Shown here piece after piece: positions 1-12,891 of a stretch of 36,228 nt of DNA (the stretch's first letter is position 1; the number at the start of each line of letters is the position of its first letter). The position numbers and the translations under genes are program-made. Source of the stretch: Octopus bimaculoides (taxonomy: Eukaryota); assembly GCF_001194135.2 (NCBI RefSeq), contig NC_069001.1, forward strand, positions 29,633,509 through 29,669,736, in the 5' to 3' direction. Under the pieces are notes generated by a model. That model did no database searches. It had not been told where the DNA came from and saw nothing but the letters and a program-made list of their open reading frames with translations.

Positions 1-267
1 TATATATACATACTTACATATAACCGAAAAAAGACAAAAATAAGGTGATATTATAACTTGCTTTTATTTCATAATATTTTCGTTCTATAGTTTACCATGT
101 AAATTCTCGCATTGTTCCAGCCTAACATGACTGATCTTTTCAGCACACACAGAGCCAAATAACAACCTTCCCACCCACGAAGTAATGACTTGATGTATGA
201 GTTAATTCATTCTCGGAGAACGCTTGTAAAGTGAACACTCGTAAGCAGCAAATAAAACTTGAAAGAT

Positions 268-348
268 TGAGTGAGTGAGTGAGTGAATGAGTGGTTGAGG
301 GAGGGTTGTGTGAGTGACTGAGTGAGTGAGAAAATCAGAGAGAGAGAC
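268..348. repeat. (GAGT)n/(GA)n microsatellite
   Basis: Direct reading: gagtgagtgagtgagtgaatgagt...gagagagagac. Confidence 0.9.
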
Positions 349-1344
349 AGCTAGGCGGAGAGAAGAAGCGATACTGCAGAGATTTGAGAGAAGGATTTTT
401 AAAGTAAATTTAAGACTATGAAGACCTCCAGCATTGTGACTGTATAACGTGACTCTACAACTGATTAAATATTGGATCAATGGTGCGTAGACACTTGAGA
501 GATAAAATACGTAATTCATTAATAAAGTGTATATGGACCAATTATACTCGAGTAAATTTCACAGAATTTCCTTGCTGAATATCTTTGTAACGCAATAGTT
601 GGATATTAGTTAAACCGTTCACTACCACAGAGATAATCTCGAGAAAATTGCTGCAGCGCTTTGTTTATCACATTAACTGTTATAACTAAATATCTTTGAG
701 AAATTTGGATCAGTTTTGGTGCCAGTTTCTCTTTGATGACTTGTATTCTTTAACTGCTAAACGGTATGAAGGTCTACGTCAAATGAAATGAAAGAATTTC
801 TGAACTGAATCCCGTGTACAATACTGCAAATCAGTGGAATATATTTACATCAAATTTATTCTCGGTATATTTTGCAGTCGTAAACATTCAATCATTTTCC
901 GACTGTGAGGAAGACATTTTTGTCCGTTATCGTACAAGATACAACCTCTTAAAACTGATTCTTTTCCAGGCTAAATCTAAGACCTGCATTGCACAGGTCA
1001 CGATTAAAGAACATAGATGATTGCAACCTTGCGGCTCTTTCGAAGCTAGATATTCAGAAAATAATGGCATTTATCTCCAGTGCTTTACTGCTTTTGAAAA
1101 TACAATAAACTTCAAGAAACCTAATGTGGGTTCCCATTGTGATTCCCTCTTATCTACAATAACCTATTTTTGCGAAGTCGTACAATAACACACTTCCAGT
1201 GGTTACACCTTAACATCATAATACCAACCAGTTCCTTTATTCTTGTTCATATATTCTCTTCTGTTATGATATTCAATAGTATTCCGTTGACCATGTCTTT
1301 CTGTGTCTATTCTTCTATTCCAAGTTCCTTCTCGCTCTTTATTG

Positions 1345-1405
1345 ACACATATACATGTATATACACATACACACATATATATACATACTGGTAGGTATGT
1401 GTATG

Positions 1406-1471
<66 letters not shown>

Positions 1472-1555
1472 TATATCCACACATATATATCCACACATAT
1501 ATACACATAGCCACACATATATATCCACACATATCCACATATCCACACATATATT
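1345..1555. repeat. Compound (TA)n/(CA)-rich microsatellite
   Basis: Pure (TA)n core at about 1409-1463 with degenerate CA/TA flanks; source of the YIYI ORFs. Confidence 0.95.
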
Positions 1556-1981
1556 CCTAAAATGGCTAGCGCTGGAAACGTGTGACATCCATGCTTTCAC
1601 ATCTCTCTGACTACTTCAATTCACTCCGGCTTTTCTTTAATATCCATGGTCCTGTGCTATTGCCACTTGCTTTTTCTGTCATCATATCACTTTACAATAA
1701 TTTACAATATTCCAACCGACTTCTCTAACCTTGCATGAATATTGCAGTAAATAGAAATCAGAATATAGAGAAACGTAGATAGTCCCCTGTCATCACTAAA
1801 GATGTATCAGAATATTGCGTATGTTCAACCTTCCCTAGTGTCACATATTTCTTCTGCCATCAAATTCTTTACTTTATATGAGACAGCTCTTCCTGGATTT
1901 CTTTTACTCTGTTTAAATCTTTATTTGATATTTTTAATTTCTCCTAAACGCTTACTTTACGACGGTTCATATACGTGATCT

Positions 1982-1982
<1 letters not shown>

Positions 1983-2017
<35 letters not shown>
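1983..2017. repeat. (ACT)n trinucleotide repeat
   Basis: cactactactactactactactactactactacttctact. Confidence 0.95.
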
Positions 2018-2018
<1 letters not shown>

Positions 2019-2108
2019 TGGTACATTATGTGGCTTGTGTTGCAGCTACTAGGATTAATGCTACTGGTGTCGCCGCTCTAGCATCTGCTGCCTTTACTGC
2101 TATTACTA

Positions 2109-2330
2109 ATGCGGTAAGCAAGTAGACTCGCTACCACGTCTGGCAAAATGCTTAGCTGTATTTCACCCGCCTTTACGTTCTGAGTTCAATTTCCGCCGAG
2201 GTCGGCTTTGCCATTTATCCTTTCGGCGTCGATAAAATAAGTACTAGTCAAGCACTGAGGGGTCGATGTAATTGACTTATCCCACTTTACAGCGAAATTA
2301 CTGGCATTGTGCCAACATTGGAAATTATTA
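2109..2330 (+). mobile_element. tRNA-headed SINE, family 1
   Basis: Shares diagnostic blocks with other copies in the window: aaatgcttag, ttacgttctgagttcaatttccgccgaggtcggctttgcc (B-box-like), gtcgataaaataagtac, ggggtcgatgtaattgact, ttgtgcc. Confidence 0.85.
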
Positions 2331-2384
2331 TAAATGCCTATGCAACTGCTACTAGCGCTTACTGTTGCTGCTATGCAAATACTT

Positions 2385-2441
2385 CAGTTACTTCTACTAC
2401 TACTACCACCACCACAAACACCACTACTATTACTATTGCCG

Positions 2442-2472
<31 letters not shown>

Positions 2473-2590
2473 CAATACCACTACTACTACTACCACCACC
2501 ACCACTACTACTACCACTACTACTACTACGACCAGCACCAGCAGCAGCAGCACCACCACCACCACTAATACTACTACTTTTAATACAACT
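2385..2590. repeat. Compound (ACT)n/(ACC)n/(AGC)n trinucleotide repeat
   Basis: Direct reading; gives the poly-Thr, poly-Leu/Pro, poly-Tyr/His and poly-Val ORFs. Confidence 0.95.
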
Positions 2591-4499
2591 ACAATTAACA
2601 TTCATTCTATTCTTTACTTTACACAATCATAATGCAGTCTAATCTACTCAATCATACTTTGTCTAATCGTAGATTAACCCGCATGGAATGCGCAAACGAT
2701 TCCACTCTCATTTGAGAATTGGTAGTCAAACATTTTACTTCAAGAAATTAAAAATATAATCTCTTTCGGTAATTCTTTTTCATAAGGTTGAAGTGTTCTG
2801 CACTGAAAGCACGTGTCGACCACATACACGTCTCGGTCTTTTACAGGTCATCAGCACAGAGTATAATGACTCATTTGTTTAGCTCTTATTGTGTTTAGCT
2901 TTAAGAAAAAAAGTGTTCCGAATATTTTTTGACATGCATAATTTGTCATAATTCAAAGACGGTAAGTTAATGGAAGACTTTCAAATAAACCTTTGTCATC
3001 AATTTTCATTTGTAAAGTAAAATGGGATATTTCGTCAAAGAATTAAGAATATTTGACAAGTCAGTTACTATATCACCAATTTATTTATGCAAATTTCATG
3101 GCATTTTCACATTTTATCTACTTCACTAATATCATTTTCTGAGCTTTTTTTTTTATACAGCGTTTAATAAATTATTGCTGTTTGTAATCATATTTTCCTT
3201 GACATTTTCTCTTGCGCGTTAAAGTTTTCTCCAATATCCTTACAAACATGGTAATATAACATTTCTCGCGATCATTTTATTTTTTGTTTTCATTTTTCAA
3301 AATATGATTTCAAATGTTCGATCTTATCTGCATTTTTATACATTGGGAGTCTTTGAATTCACACGCTGATTAGCGATGATTAAGAAATTATGTTTTAGTA
3401 CAGGGATAAACACACGTGAGTGAGCACGCAGACGCATGCACGAACACCCACCAACACGCCTATCAAAACACAGACACAAACACACACGTATACACACATG
3501 CGTACACACACACACGAACACACACACAATCCAACCACGCACACACGTACGCGCGCGTGCAGGCACACATGCATACACACACATATAATGCTTTCATACA
3601 GTTTTCAAGACTTTACATTCATTCGACAGCTTTCATATTTTTATGTTACAATTTTCAACATTAATCGCTATCGTATGACATTCTAACATTGTATCGATGA
3701 GTGCAGCGACCTTTCTTCATCTAACAAGAAATCTACATGAAATTCAGAAATGAAAGCACATTTTGTAAAATAAATCTCGCAAAAAAAAAACAGTAATAAA
3801 AAGAACGCATGATTTTGACAGATTTAAAACAGTACGTAAAGAACTTTTTTTTTTTTATAGTGAACCCTAGGATTAAAACCACTTCCACTAAATTATCAGT
3901 TGACTATTGTGAGTCACAATTATTGCATTTCGACTTCATATCGACATTCGACATGTTGACCAATTGTAGGTGATAACGCCACTAGTCTCAGATTTGTGCC
4001 CTTTTCTCTAGTTAAGCAGTTTAGCGCTAACATTAACCATAGCAAGATAAGAAGGCTCGACTCTCGGCAAGTAAATAAAAGACAAAGCTTCAACATGAAT
4101 TGATGTTCTGGCATCTTTGAGATAACTAATGGCCAAACAAACAGACTGAAGACGATTTTTATATCCTACTAGGACGATTTGATCTTTTATGGATATATTC
4201 ATATTCAGACTGCCCCCGAAGCAAATATTTTGATGAATGATCGCGAGTTTTGCATCTGCTTAAAATACGCAGCCAGTCTGCAATCAAGAAACAGATCAAA
4301 TACACCTACCACGACAATTTAATTATATCTGAAAGGCAACTCAGCACGTTTTATAATAAACATGAAAGACAGCAATTAAATTGTTCACACACACTACAAA
4401 TATAATAGTCGACCTTTTTCCTATTGATAAGGTAATTCAACTTTAATCACTTTCTCATCTATCATTTACTATCCATTTCCTGTTAGATCATCCAACCAT

Positions 4500-4750
4500 A
4501 GCTTAACTCTCATTCGATGCAGCAGTTGTGGATTGGAAGAGGCCCTATGGCAGGACTCACATTAGATGGCGAGCTGTAATTCTGTTGGGTGGGGTCTCCA
4601 GAAACTCAAGATCACCGAGGTTGCAGAGACGGCCAAATCATGTGCACCTGGTTAGTCCTTAAAACAACGAAGACTCTGGGACCTCTAACTTAGAATAACC
4701 CAAGCCTCATGTAGCAAGAGTATCAAGCAAGCAAGCAGGCAACAAACAAC
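4500..4750 (+). mobile_element. 5'-truncated LINE 3' end (RTE-like or related clade), decayed
   Basis: 4534-4569 translates to WKRPYGRTHIRW, resembling the (G/W)KRPRGRP-x-RW motif at the C-terminus of RTE/L2-type ORF2. It is followed by a short 3' region ending in a tandem tail caagcaagcaag (4724-4735) then caacaaacaac. Confidence 0.55.
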
Positions 4751-5149
4751 GCACTCTTCACAACGCAGGTCACATCACTTACTTCCTAGTTACAAAATGA
4801 CACGTTAATTTTACCACATGAATTTGTCTTATTTTTACTGCTAAGTATTTCATTCCTTTCCATCTGCATTTCACTCGAATACTGCGAACAACTTTGCAAT
4901 ATGACTTGAGAATAGTCACTATCTCACGTACACAATCTTTCAGCGATCTACCGCCCACCATATTTTGGCCAGCTACTAGAAAAAATATTCCTGTGTTACA
5001 TCAATTCCACAGATGTTATCAGAATTGGACAGTAAATTACTCTGTATGCAATTAGTGATTTTTTTTTAATTGCTTACTGTTTATCATCTGACAATCGGAA
5101 TTAACGACAGCTCACTGATTTATCTCCTCGCCTTCACCTCACTTCCACT

Positions 5150-5218
5150 TTCCTATATGTATATATCGATATATGTATGTATGCATACGCACTTATATAT
5201 TTACACACACATCTATAC

Positions 5219-5289
<71 letters not shown>

Positions 5290-5536
5290 ATTTATTTATA
5301 TGTTTACATATATATATGTGTGTGTGTATGTATATATCCATAAATATATACACACATATATATATACACATGTGTAAGATAAAGGTACATACATATATAT
5401 GTGTGTGNNNNNNNNNNNNNNNNNNNNNNNNNNNNNNNNNNNNNNNNNNNNNNNNNNNNNNNNNNNNNNNNNNNNNNNNNNNNNNNNNNNNNNNNNNNNN
5501 NNNNNNNNNNNNNNNNNNNNNNNNNNNNNNNNNNNN

Positions 5537-5583
<47 letters not shown>

Positions 5584-5600
5584 TGCGTGTGTGACTGTGT
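5150..5600. repeat. (TG)n/(TA)n microsatellite complex spanning assembly gap 5408-5536
   Basis: Long (TG)n at about 5222-5288 and 5537-5582, with an N run between. Confidence 0.95.
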
Positions 5601-5889
5601 ACATATATATGTGTATGTACATATATAATAAACACACCAGACATATAGGCACATCTAAAGGGAGACTGTAATACAGAAATGCGTCCGTTTTCAAATGTGT
5701 GATGTGCATCTACGTTGCTAATGTATGAGTTTGTGTGGATGTGTGCATGCGCTTAATATCATGTATATTTGCACTTTGATAGTTAATGTAATTATACGAG
5801 TATAATTGCCGTTTTGTTGTTGGTGTTGCTCTACTGTCATTATAACAACAATTCTCCTCATTATTATTATTGCAACTATCATCTTTACC

Positions 5890-5977
5890 AGTACATATAT
5901 ACACACTTACGTGCATCCATTCATACATACACACGCATACATATATACACGCACATATATATGTATATGCATATACG

Positions 5978-6039
<62 letters not shown>

Positions 6040-6060
6040 GTATGTATATAGGTGTGTGTG
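5890..6060. repeat. (CA)n(TA)n compound microsatellite
   Basis: Direct reading. Confidence 0.95.
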
Positions 6061-6636
6061 AGCATGTTAGTGTGTGTGTGTTAATATTTTGTGTTTAATC
6101 GTATTAATTAGCACACTGCATACAATGCTGCTTTGGTTCTCTGACATTATGAATTTCGCAGAAACATTTCAAGGCTGTTACTACATATATATACAAAATT
6201 CTATAATTATAAGCATAATTATAAGCAAATTGCTTCACCTTATACCGAAATTTAGAAATAGCAGTTAAATACTATCCCTCTACCATAAGACATCTTCCAG
6301 ACAGCAATGCTCTCTATTCACGTAGGTAAAGAGAAAAAATAACGAATCCACCCGGCTTTGATCAACTACATACGCGTTTCTGGATTAAAGAGATGTAAAA
6401 TTTAATTTTTAATCACTTATTTCCGTCTTCAGTGTAGTATTTCAATTTTGAATTTAAGAGTACTAATAATTGAATACGTTTTCGATCAAGCGATATCGAA
6501 TAGCTAATATCCAAGAAACAGCACTTCCGAATTTATACGGACGAGTGAGGACTCGCATTCTTCCCCAATCACGTTCGTGTGTTACGAGTAGTCCCGCAAA
6601 AACTGCAGTTTACTACCAGGGAGTGAATTATATCTT

Positions 6637-6817
6637 CAATAAAAATAAAGGGTCAAATTAATTAATCAATTAATAATTAATAATTTGCTGAACCGTAATT
6701 ATAATTATGCTTATAATAATAGAATTGTGTATAAGGTTATACGACAAAAGTTATTTTAACATACCGAATTACTTGGTAAAATTATCAATTAATTAATTTT
6801 ATCATTTATTATTATTG
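6637..6817. mobile_element. Possible MITE-like element with imperfect terminal inverted repeats
   Basis: Left caataaaaataaagggtcaaattaattaat versus reverse complement of the right end caataataataaatgataaaattaattaat (26/30 matches). The arms are very AT-rich and no TSD was identified. Confidence 0.35.
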
Positions 6818-6818
6818 C

Positions 6819-6819
<1 letters not shown>

Positions 6820-6871
<52 letters not shown>

Positions 6872-6875
6872 CATA
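6820..6875. repeat. (TA)n microsatellite
   Basis: Direct reading. Confidence 0.95.
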
Positions 6876-7299
6876 TGCAATTTTCGCATGTGGTCTGCAA
6901 TTTTGGTGATGTGAATTCGTGTGGAGAGTAAGTTTTCTTATGATTTTCGCCAATAATATTAACACGCACACTGTACAATAAGTCGTCACCTATCTCGTTC
7001 TGCTAAATGATTTAGTGACTACCCATGTCGGTCCAAGTTCTACTTTGACTAGTATGCTGTTCAATGTGTTTTGAGATTGATAACATAATTTAGCTCCCTG
7101 TCCACACTGTGGAGTTCAGCCTTGAGGCTAGATGCTTCAGCTGCGGAAGAAGAATATTTTTGCATCAAGGACAATATTGGTTGTTTTAATCTACTACTTT
7201 AAGTAACAAATTTCTGTATAAAGATGATGTTGTTCTCGCTAATTCAATTTGCTCAGGCGGCTACCTAGATAATTGTACTCATATCTGTCTTTCTATCTA

Positions 7300-7317
7300 T
7301 ATGTACCTATATACGAT

Positions 7318-7355
<38 letters not shown>

Positions 7356-7480
7356 TGTGTGTGGATATAAATATTCAAACCAAACGCGTGCTTATACATG
7401 TACATATATATGTACATAATTTCGCGTTGGCAGTTGTGTGCATTCATAGATGTATATGTGTTTGTAAATATTCATATATA

Positions 7481-7539
<59 letters not shown>

Positions 7540-7545
7540 GCATAT
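7300..7545. repeat. Two (TA)n tracts with degenerate TA/TG spacer
   Basis: (TA)n at about 7321-7352 and 7485-7533. Confidence 0.9.
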
Positions 7546-9119
7546 ATATCCATCTGTTATGGGCTGATAATTCGCTCCATAGCGGCTCCCGAGATTTTTC
7601 CCCTCTGTGTGATACTTCAAACAAAAATAAGAATATCCATTAATATTGCATCAATAATAGCTCGGTGTTTACAACCATTCATTTAACGTGATTGTATGAA
7701 CAGTTGCAAATATCGATCTATCGTTGATTTAAACAGTACAAGCAACGAATTGGAGATTGGAGACAACATAGAAACATGCGTTCTATTTCAATGATTGAAA
7801 ATCTGATTCTGTTATATCGCCCTACCTATTATGTGTGTTTTCCTTTTATTATCTTTTTTTTTTTCTCTGCAGACATCGCTATGTAATCAGGACTTGAACT
7901 TTGCTCCTATCGATAAACATTATTGAGGAAAGGATTAAGGAAGTCCTTTTCTTTTGCGGATGTTTTGTTTGTTTTGTCTGTTCTTGTCGTTTTCGTTGCT
8001 TTTCTTGTTTGTTCGCTTATCTACTGAAAGGAAAGAGGATTAAAGAAATAAACACGAATAAGTAGTCTAAAAGAAATATGTGGACCATATAGGAAGTCGC
8101 ATGTAATTACACTAGATAGTAAAGCAAAAAGGAGCGACTGAGTATTTGTGCGAAATTACACTGAGTAAAAAAATATAAGAAAATGCAAGCAAGCGATCGT
8201 AAGAGAGGAAGAGAGAAAGAAAAATTGTGAGAGACCGAGTGAGTGAGTGGCAAACACAGATGAAGTAGAACCATTGAAAGGGAGACAAAGAAAAAAAGAG
8301 AAGCGTGTTAGAGTAAGGGAAGTAGAGCGTTCGCGAGGAGAAGAGGTAAGGGAATGTGTGTGAATATATTTTAATAAGACTAAAGAAAAGTGATAGATAA
8401 TAATAGAAAGAATAAGGACAATTTTGGAAATTAACAAAGAAATAAAACATAGTTAAGAAACAAATAAGAGATATTACAGAAGAACTAACCGAAATCTAAG
8501 GTAAAAAAGAAAACAGTAATCGAAATATAAGAAAGTTTTAACAAAACGATTCAACTTTCGAATAGAAAAGGAACTAAAACGTCGAAGAGTAAAAGGAAAA
8601 ATTAATCAAATCAGAAATTTAGTAACGTATTTGCATTTTATTCTAATCAAGGGAAATACAAGAGAAATAAAAGAAAAAGTACGCAGAGGAAATAAATTGA
8701 GGAAACAACGAAGAGACAAAAAGAGAAGACAGTAAGAATTCAGATCTTAGCATATTGTCTATAGTAAGAGGAACCAAGAGAAAATGAGTTCGAATGAAAA
8801 TTTTGTAGCAAAATACAAAATTACGAGGGAAGAAAATCAAAAGTTCTTAAATGTAACGTTTAATCGAATGAAACTAAAACGTGTGCTCCGTTGTTATATT
8901 TATGTTTCATTTTTGCCGATTGCTCAAACCAGATAAAGGTCACCTACTATTAAAGGTACACATAAGGTGACCGTACCTAAAATATATTTTCAAATATTGA
9001 ACCCCTCTAATGCTGTAATTTGAATAGTGTAATCATCAGTTGTTTTTTCGAGAGAGTCTAACGTGCACATAATGTTCCTGTGTAAATGAAATATTTGAGA
9101 ATTGTTTGTCTGTTACATT

Positions 9120-9481
9120 TTATTTGTTTTAGTTATTAGACTGTGGACACACTGGAACACCGATTCTTAGATTTATTTATTTTTAAAGCCTAGCACTTAT
9201 TCTATTGGTCTCTTTTGCAGAGCGGCTAAGTTATGGCGACGAAAGCATACAAGAACCGATTGTCAAGAGGTTGGGTGGGGACAATCACCGACACAAAAAC
9301 AAGCACACACACGCACATACATATGTACGACGCGTTTCTTACCGTTTCCGTTTACCAAATCCACTCATAAGGCTGTGGTCAGCCTGAAACCAAAGTAGAG
9401 AATACTTGCTCAATTGTCTACGCGGGACCCAGAACCCTGTAGCTGAGAAGCCAGCCACTTACCACACAGCCACGTCTATGC
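9120..9481 (-). mobile_element. tRNA-headed SINE, family 2 (internal CA tract)
   Basis: Head on the minus strand (gtggctgtgtggtaagtggctggcttctcagctacagggttctgggtccc, A/B-box-like). Body blocks aagcctagcacttattctattggtctcttttgc, ttgtcaag, ccgtttccgtttaccaaatccactca are partly shared with the copy at 14895-15135. Confidence 0.8.
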
Positions 9482-9585
9482 TTATTGGGTACTTTTCACA
9501 TAGACATTTTTAGTTAGACAAAAGAAAGTAAAATCATGAATGATCAAAGAAGTACATCTATATTAGAGCCTAATTTGATACTTAG

Positions 9586-9648
9586 AGAGAGAGGGAGAGA
9601 GAGAGAGAGAGGAAGAGAGAGAGAGAGCGAGAGGGAGAAAGAGAGAGA
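9586..9648. repeat. (GA)n microsatellite
   Basis: Direct reading. Confidence 0.95.
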
Positions 9649-10326
9649 TGGCGGTTGTATTACTAAAAGGGGGAGAATTCTAATGTAAAATAAGCGTAAG
9701 GAAGAAAGGAAATAAGCATGTACAATAAAATATTTCTATAAAACAGGAGAGATAGCGAAATATAAAAATCAAAACTGATATTCATAATACCACATACTTA
9801 CAGATAGAGCAAAATAATTTTTCCCCTTTAAGTGTGGATGGAAGTAGAGAATGGCAAAGGTGAAACAAATATATTTAGATTAATCTGTTGTGTATATACA
9901 CAGTTTTCTACAAAATTTTCTTTGATGTAGTGTTTTACTGTTCTGTTTTAGTTTTAGTTTGCAACGCGTGGTAAGCCTGTAGAAAGAATTGTACATTATT
10001 TTTTTCTTTCCCCGAAATGAGCATGTATGATGGATTTCCTGAGAGGATATAAATCAAATACATGATATAAATGCGTTGGTAATCAACAATGATACGTTTT
10101 ACGACATTAGGGAAATGACAGATACGTGCATATAGCAAAGGAGATTGGACTACTTGACAGCCATGTTTCAATGGCAATACAATTATGATGTGCTTACGTA
10201 CACAGTCACACACACGCTCGCGAGCGAGTATCTGTGCCTGCGTGTGTATAAATTATGAGTGTATCTATTAATGGGATATAGTCACTGGTAACAAAGTCAC
10301 AAAACTGATAACGTAATGTCGAACAA

Positions 10327-10460
10327 AGTACTTTATATTTCCCTAAATTTATCGATTTCGAGTGAAGGAAGGTACAGACGAACTCGGTGGCTTTTGAACA
10401 TGCGAATAAAAGAATGTATTTTGTCCAGCACGCTAATACTTCGGCAAGTTTACCACCTTA
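10327..10460 (-). mobile_element. SINE family 1, degenerate antisense copy
   Basis: aatttatcga...aactcggtgg...tttgtccagcacgctaatacttcggcaagtttaccacctta is the reverse complement of the family-1 head and body. Confidence 0.6.
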
Positions 10461-11490
10461 CTACTCGAAAGAAACACGCTCTGCAAATTGCCTGGAAGTA
10501 ATATGGGCAGTCACACAATACCAAGCGATGGATATCATTTGATAGGTGAGCACATATGCTCCTACATCAGTGTGTTTCATCAGCTATGTATACCGAATCC
10601 TCGTTCGACGTAGGAATTGGGCGTACTTAAGTTAAAACTGTACAAAGTTAGCCACGATGGAATAACCTTATGTAGAGTCTTCTTTAACATAATCAAAATG
10701 CATTCGTATAGAGAAAGACTTGACGCTGCTCAAATGCTTTCACCAGAAGTAATTTTCCTTACAGACAATATATTTAGACAAAACACACACACACATGTAT
10801 ATTATGTATGCATATCTGGATACAGGAAGTCACCAACAGTAAACAACATGAAATACGAAAACAAATGAGTTCAATACGCAAACGACGAGAGAAAACAATG
10901 GAAAACAGGTAACATAAAGAACGACACTTCATCAGTTGTCAGTTGTCTATCTACTCCTCTCCATTGTACGACAATATGAGTCTTCCAGGACAGTCGCTCC
11001 CATAAGTACCAAAATATAATTCGGTATTTCTGGCGGGTCGACTTTGGGAACAAAAACCGAACGAAATACTATGTATAACATCAAGTAAGAGGGATGTTTG
11101 TCAACTATCAAGTATTTATACGTAGCCAAGTCTAACTATTCGTGTTGACAAATTTTCAAAATATCATGAAAAGATTTGCACAAAGTCGAAGCAAGATATT
11201 TAACTGTAATTCATGTTTTAAAAAATAACTTTTAATTCGAAATCTGCCACTAATTTTTAATTCGTTTCCAATAAACCAATAAATCAAAATAAACCATAAA
11301 TATTTAAAATCATTGATGTAGATGAACCGATTTTAATGCTGTGTTTTTTTATATTACATAAAATAAGTTGACCATTTAGACGTAGACGTTTCAGTTATTA
11401 AAAACACGTTTCTAAGTAAAATAAAGATCAAGAACTCTAGTTAGCGTCTAGTTAATCTCTTCTATCGACAGAAGAATTTTCGCTGCGTCA

Positions 11491-11686
11491 TATTATTTTC
11501 CAATGTTGGCGCAAGACATCCAAGTTCAGGGAAAGGTGTAAGTTTTTTGAAAGGACTCCAGTACCCAATTGGTACTTAATTTATCGACCTCGAAATAATG
11601 AAATGCAATTGCCCCTGCGACAGAATTTGAACTACACACAGCGTACAAAAAAAAAAAGAACGCAGTGTGAATAACGGACATTGTCA
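11491..11686 (-). mobile_element. SINE family 1, antisense copy
   Basis: ccagtacccaattggtacttaatttatcgacctcgaaataatgaaatgcaa...cagaatttgaact is the reverse complement of the family-1 body. Confidence 0.75.
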
Positions 11687-12404
11687 AAACAATTGAAAAG
11701 TTTGCAAGACTCAACGAAAATTTTAGTAAAGTAAAAAAGAAATGTGGAAATTTTACCGGTGAATGTGAAGGCACTAATAGAGAATAACTATCCCCAGACA
11801 CAACATACTATAAACATGTGATGCAAATACAATATGTCTGTGTGGGTGTGTGTATTTGTATACCTTTAAGGAAGATAGAATGTGAGAGAGAATTACATAT
11901 ATGTATGTATATATGCACGTGTGTATTTATTAGTATCGAGCAGAAGCAAAATAATGACTCACTAACCGAAAGTTCCGTGCGTTGTTAATTATCTTAGAGA
12001 ATTGAATTTATATAAGTGGTGATTATTTTCATTACCTGAACTAAATATGTCTGTCGGTCTGTAAGTATGTGTGTATGTATGTATGAGATCAGTTAGTAAA
12101 TAATATGTATAGGAGTTTAATAGATATTAAGTTTCTGCAAAACCCCTCTGGTCGTTGCTGCATATGGACAGACAACGACGCAATAATAGAAATAAAATTA
12201 ACATGAAGATAGCGAAATCATTTTACGGCAATTAAACAAAACATTATACTTGCACAGATGTAATACAGTCGGCTGCTGAATCAAGAGTCTTTGACGCTTC
12301 AACCATATAGTATTAAACGAGAATGTGGATAAGAATAATAAAAGGCGTTGCAAGAGAATTCTTCCATAGCAGAATTTACATTCTTCACATTTATATTTAC
12401 ATAT

Positions 12405-12618
12405 TTAAATAACATATAAAATGATAGGTATTATATATATGTGCGTATGTGTGATTATGTGTGTGGGTTTGTATGTGTGTATATATGTATGTGTGTATGC
12501 GAGTGTGTTCATGTATGCAGGTATATATATATGTATATATAAATATATATTTATACATACATATATACCTGCATACATGAACACACTCGCATACACATAT
12601 TACATAGAGATACTTACA

Positions 12619-12678
<60 letters not shown>

Positions 12679-12831
12679 NNNNNNNNNNNNNNNNNNNNNN
12701 NNNNNNNNNNNNNNNNNNNNNNNNNNNNNNNNNNNNNNNNNNNNNNNNNNNNNNNNNNNNNNNNNNNNNNNNNNNNNNNNNNNNNNNNNNNNNNNNNNNN
12801 NNNNNNNNNNNNNNNNNNNNNNNNNNNNNNN

Positions 12832-12890
<59 letters not shown>
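12405..12890. repeat. (TA)n/(TG)n complex spanning gap 12679-12831
   Basis: Direct reading. Confidence 0.95.

Positions 12891-12891
<1 letters not shown>

Noticed and set aside
1203-1610. ORFs rich in YIYI, CVCV or HTHT (here and at 5070-6098, 12405-13779, 15694-16079, 23755-26373, 28698-29890, 34162-34477)
   Set aside because: These are translations of (TA)n, (TG)n and (CA)n microsatellites, often extended through N-gaps; they are not proteins.
2309-2642. Mucin-like poly-Thr/Ser ORF
   Set aside because: It starts inside a SINE tail and consists of trinucleotide repeat open in most frames, with no splice or domain support.
8938-8972. Small hairpin ggtcacct...aggtgacc
   Set aside because: Only an 8-bp stem, with no TSD, partner end or second copy.
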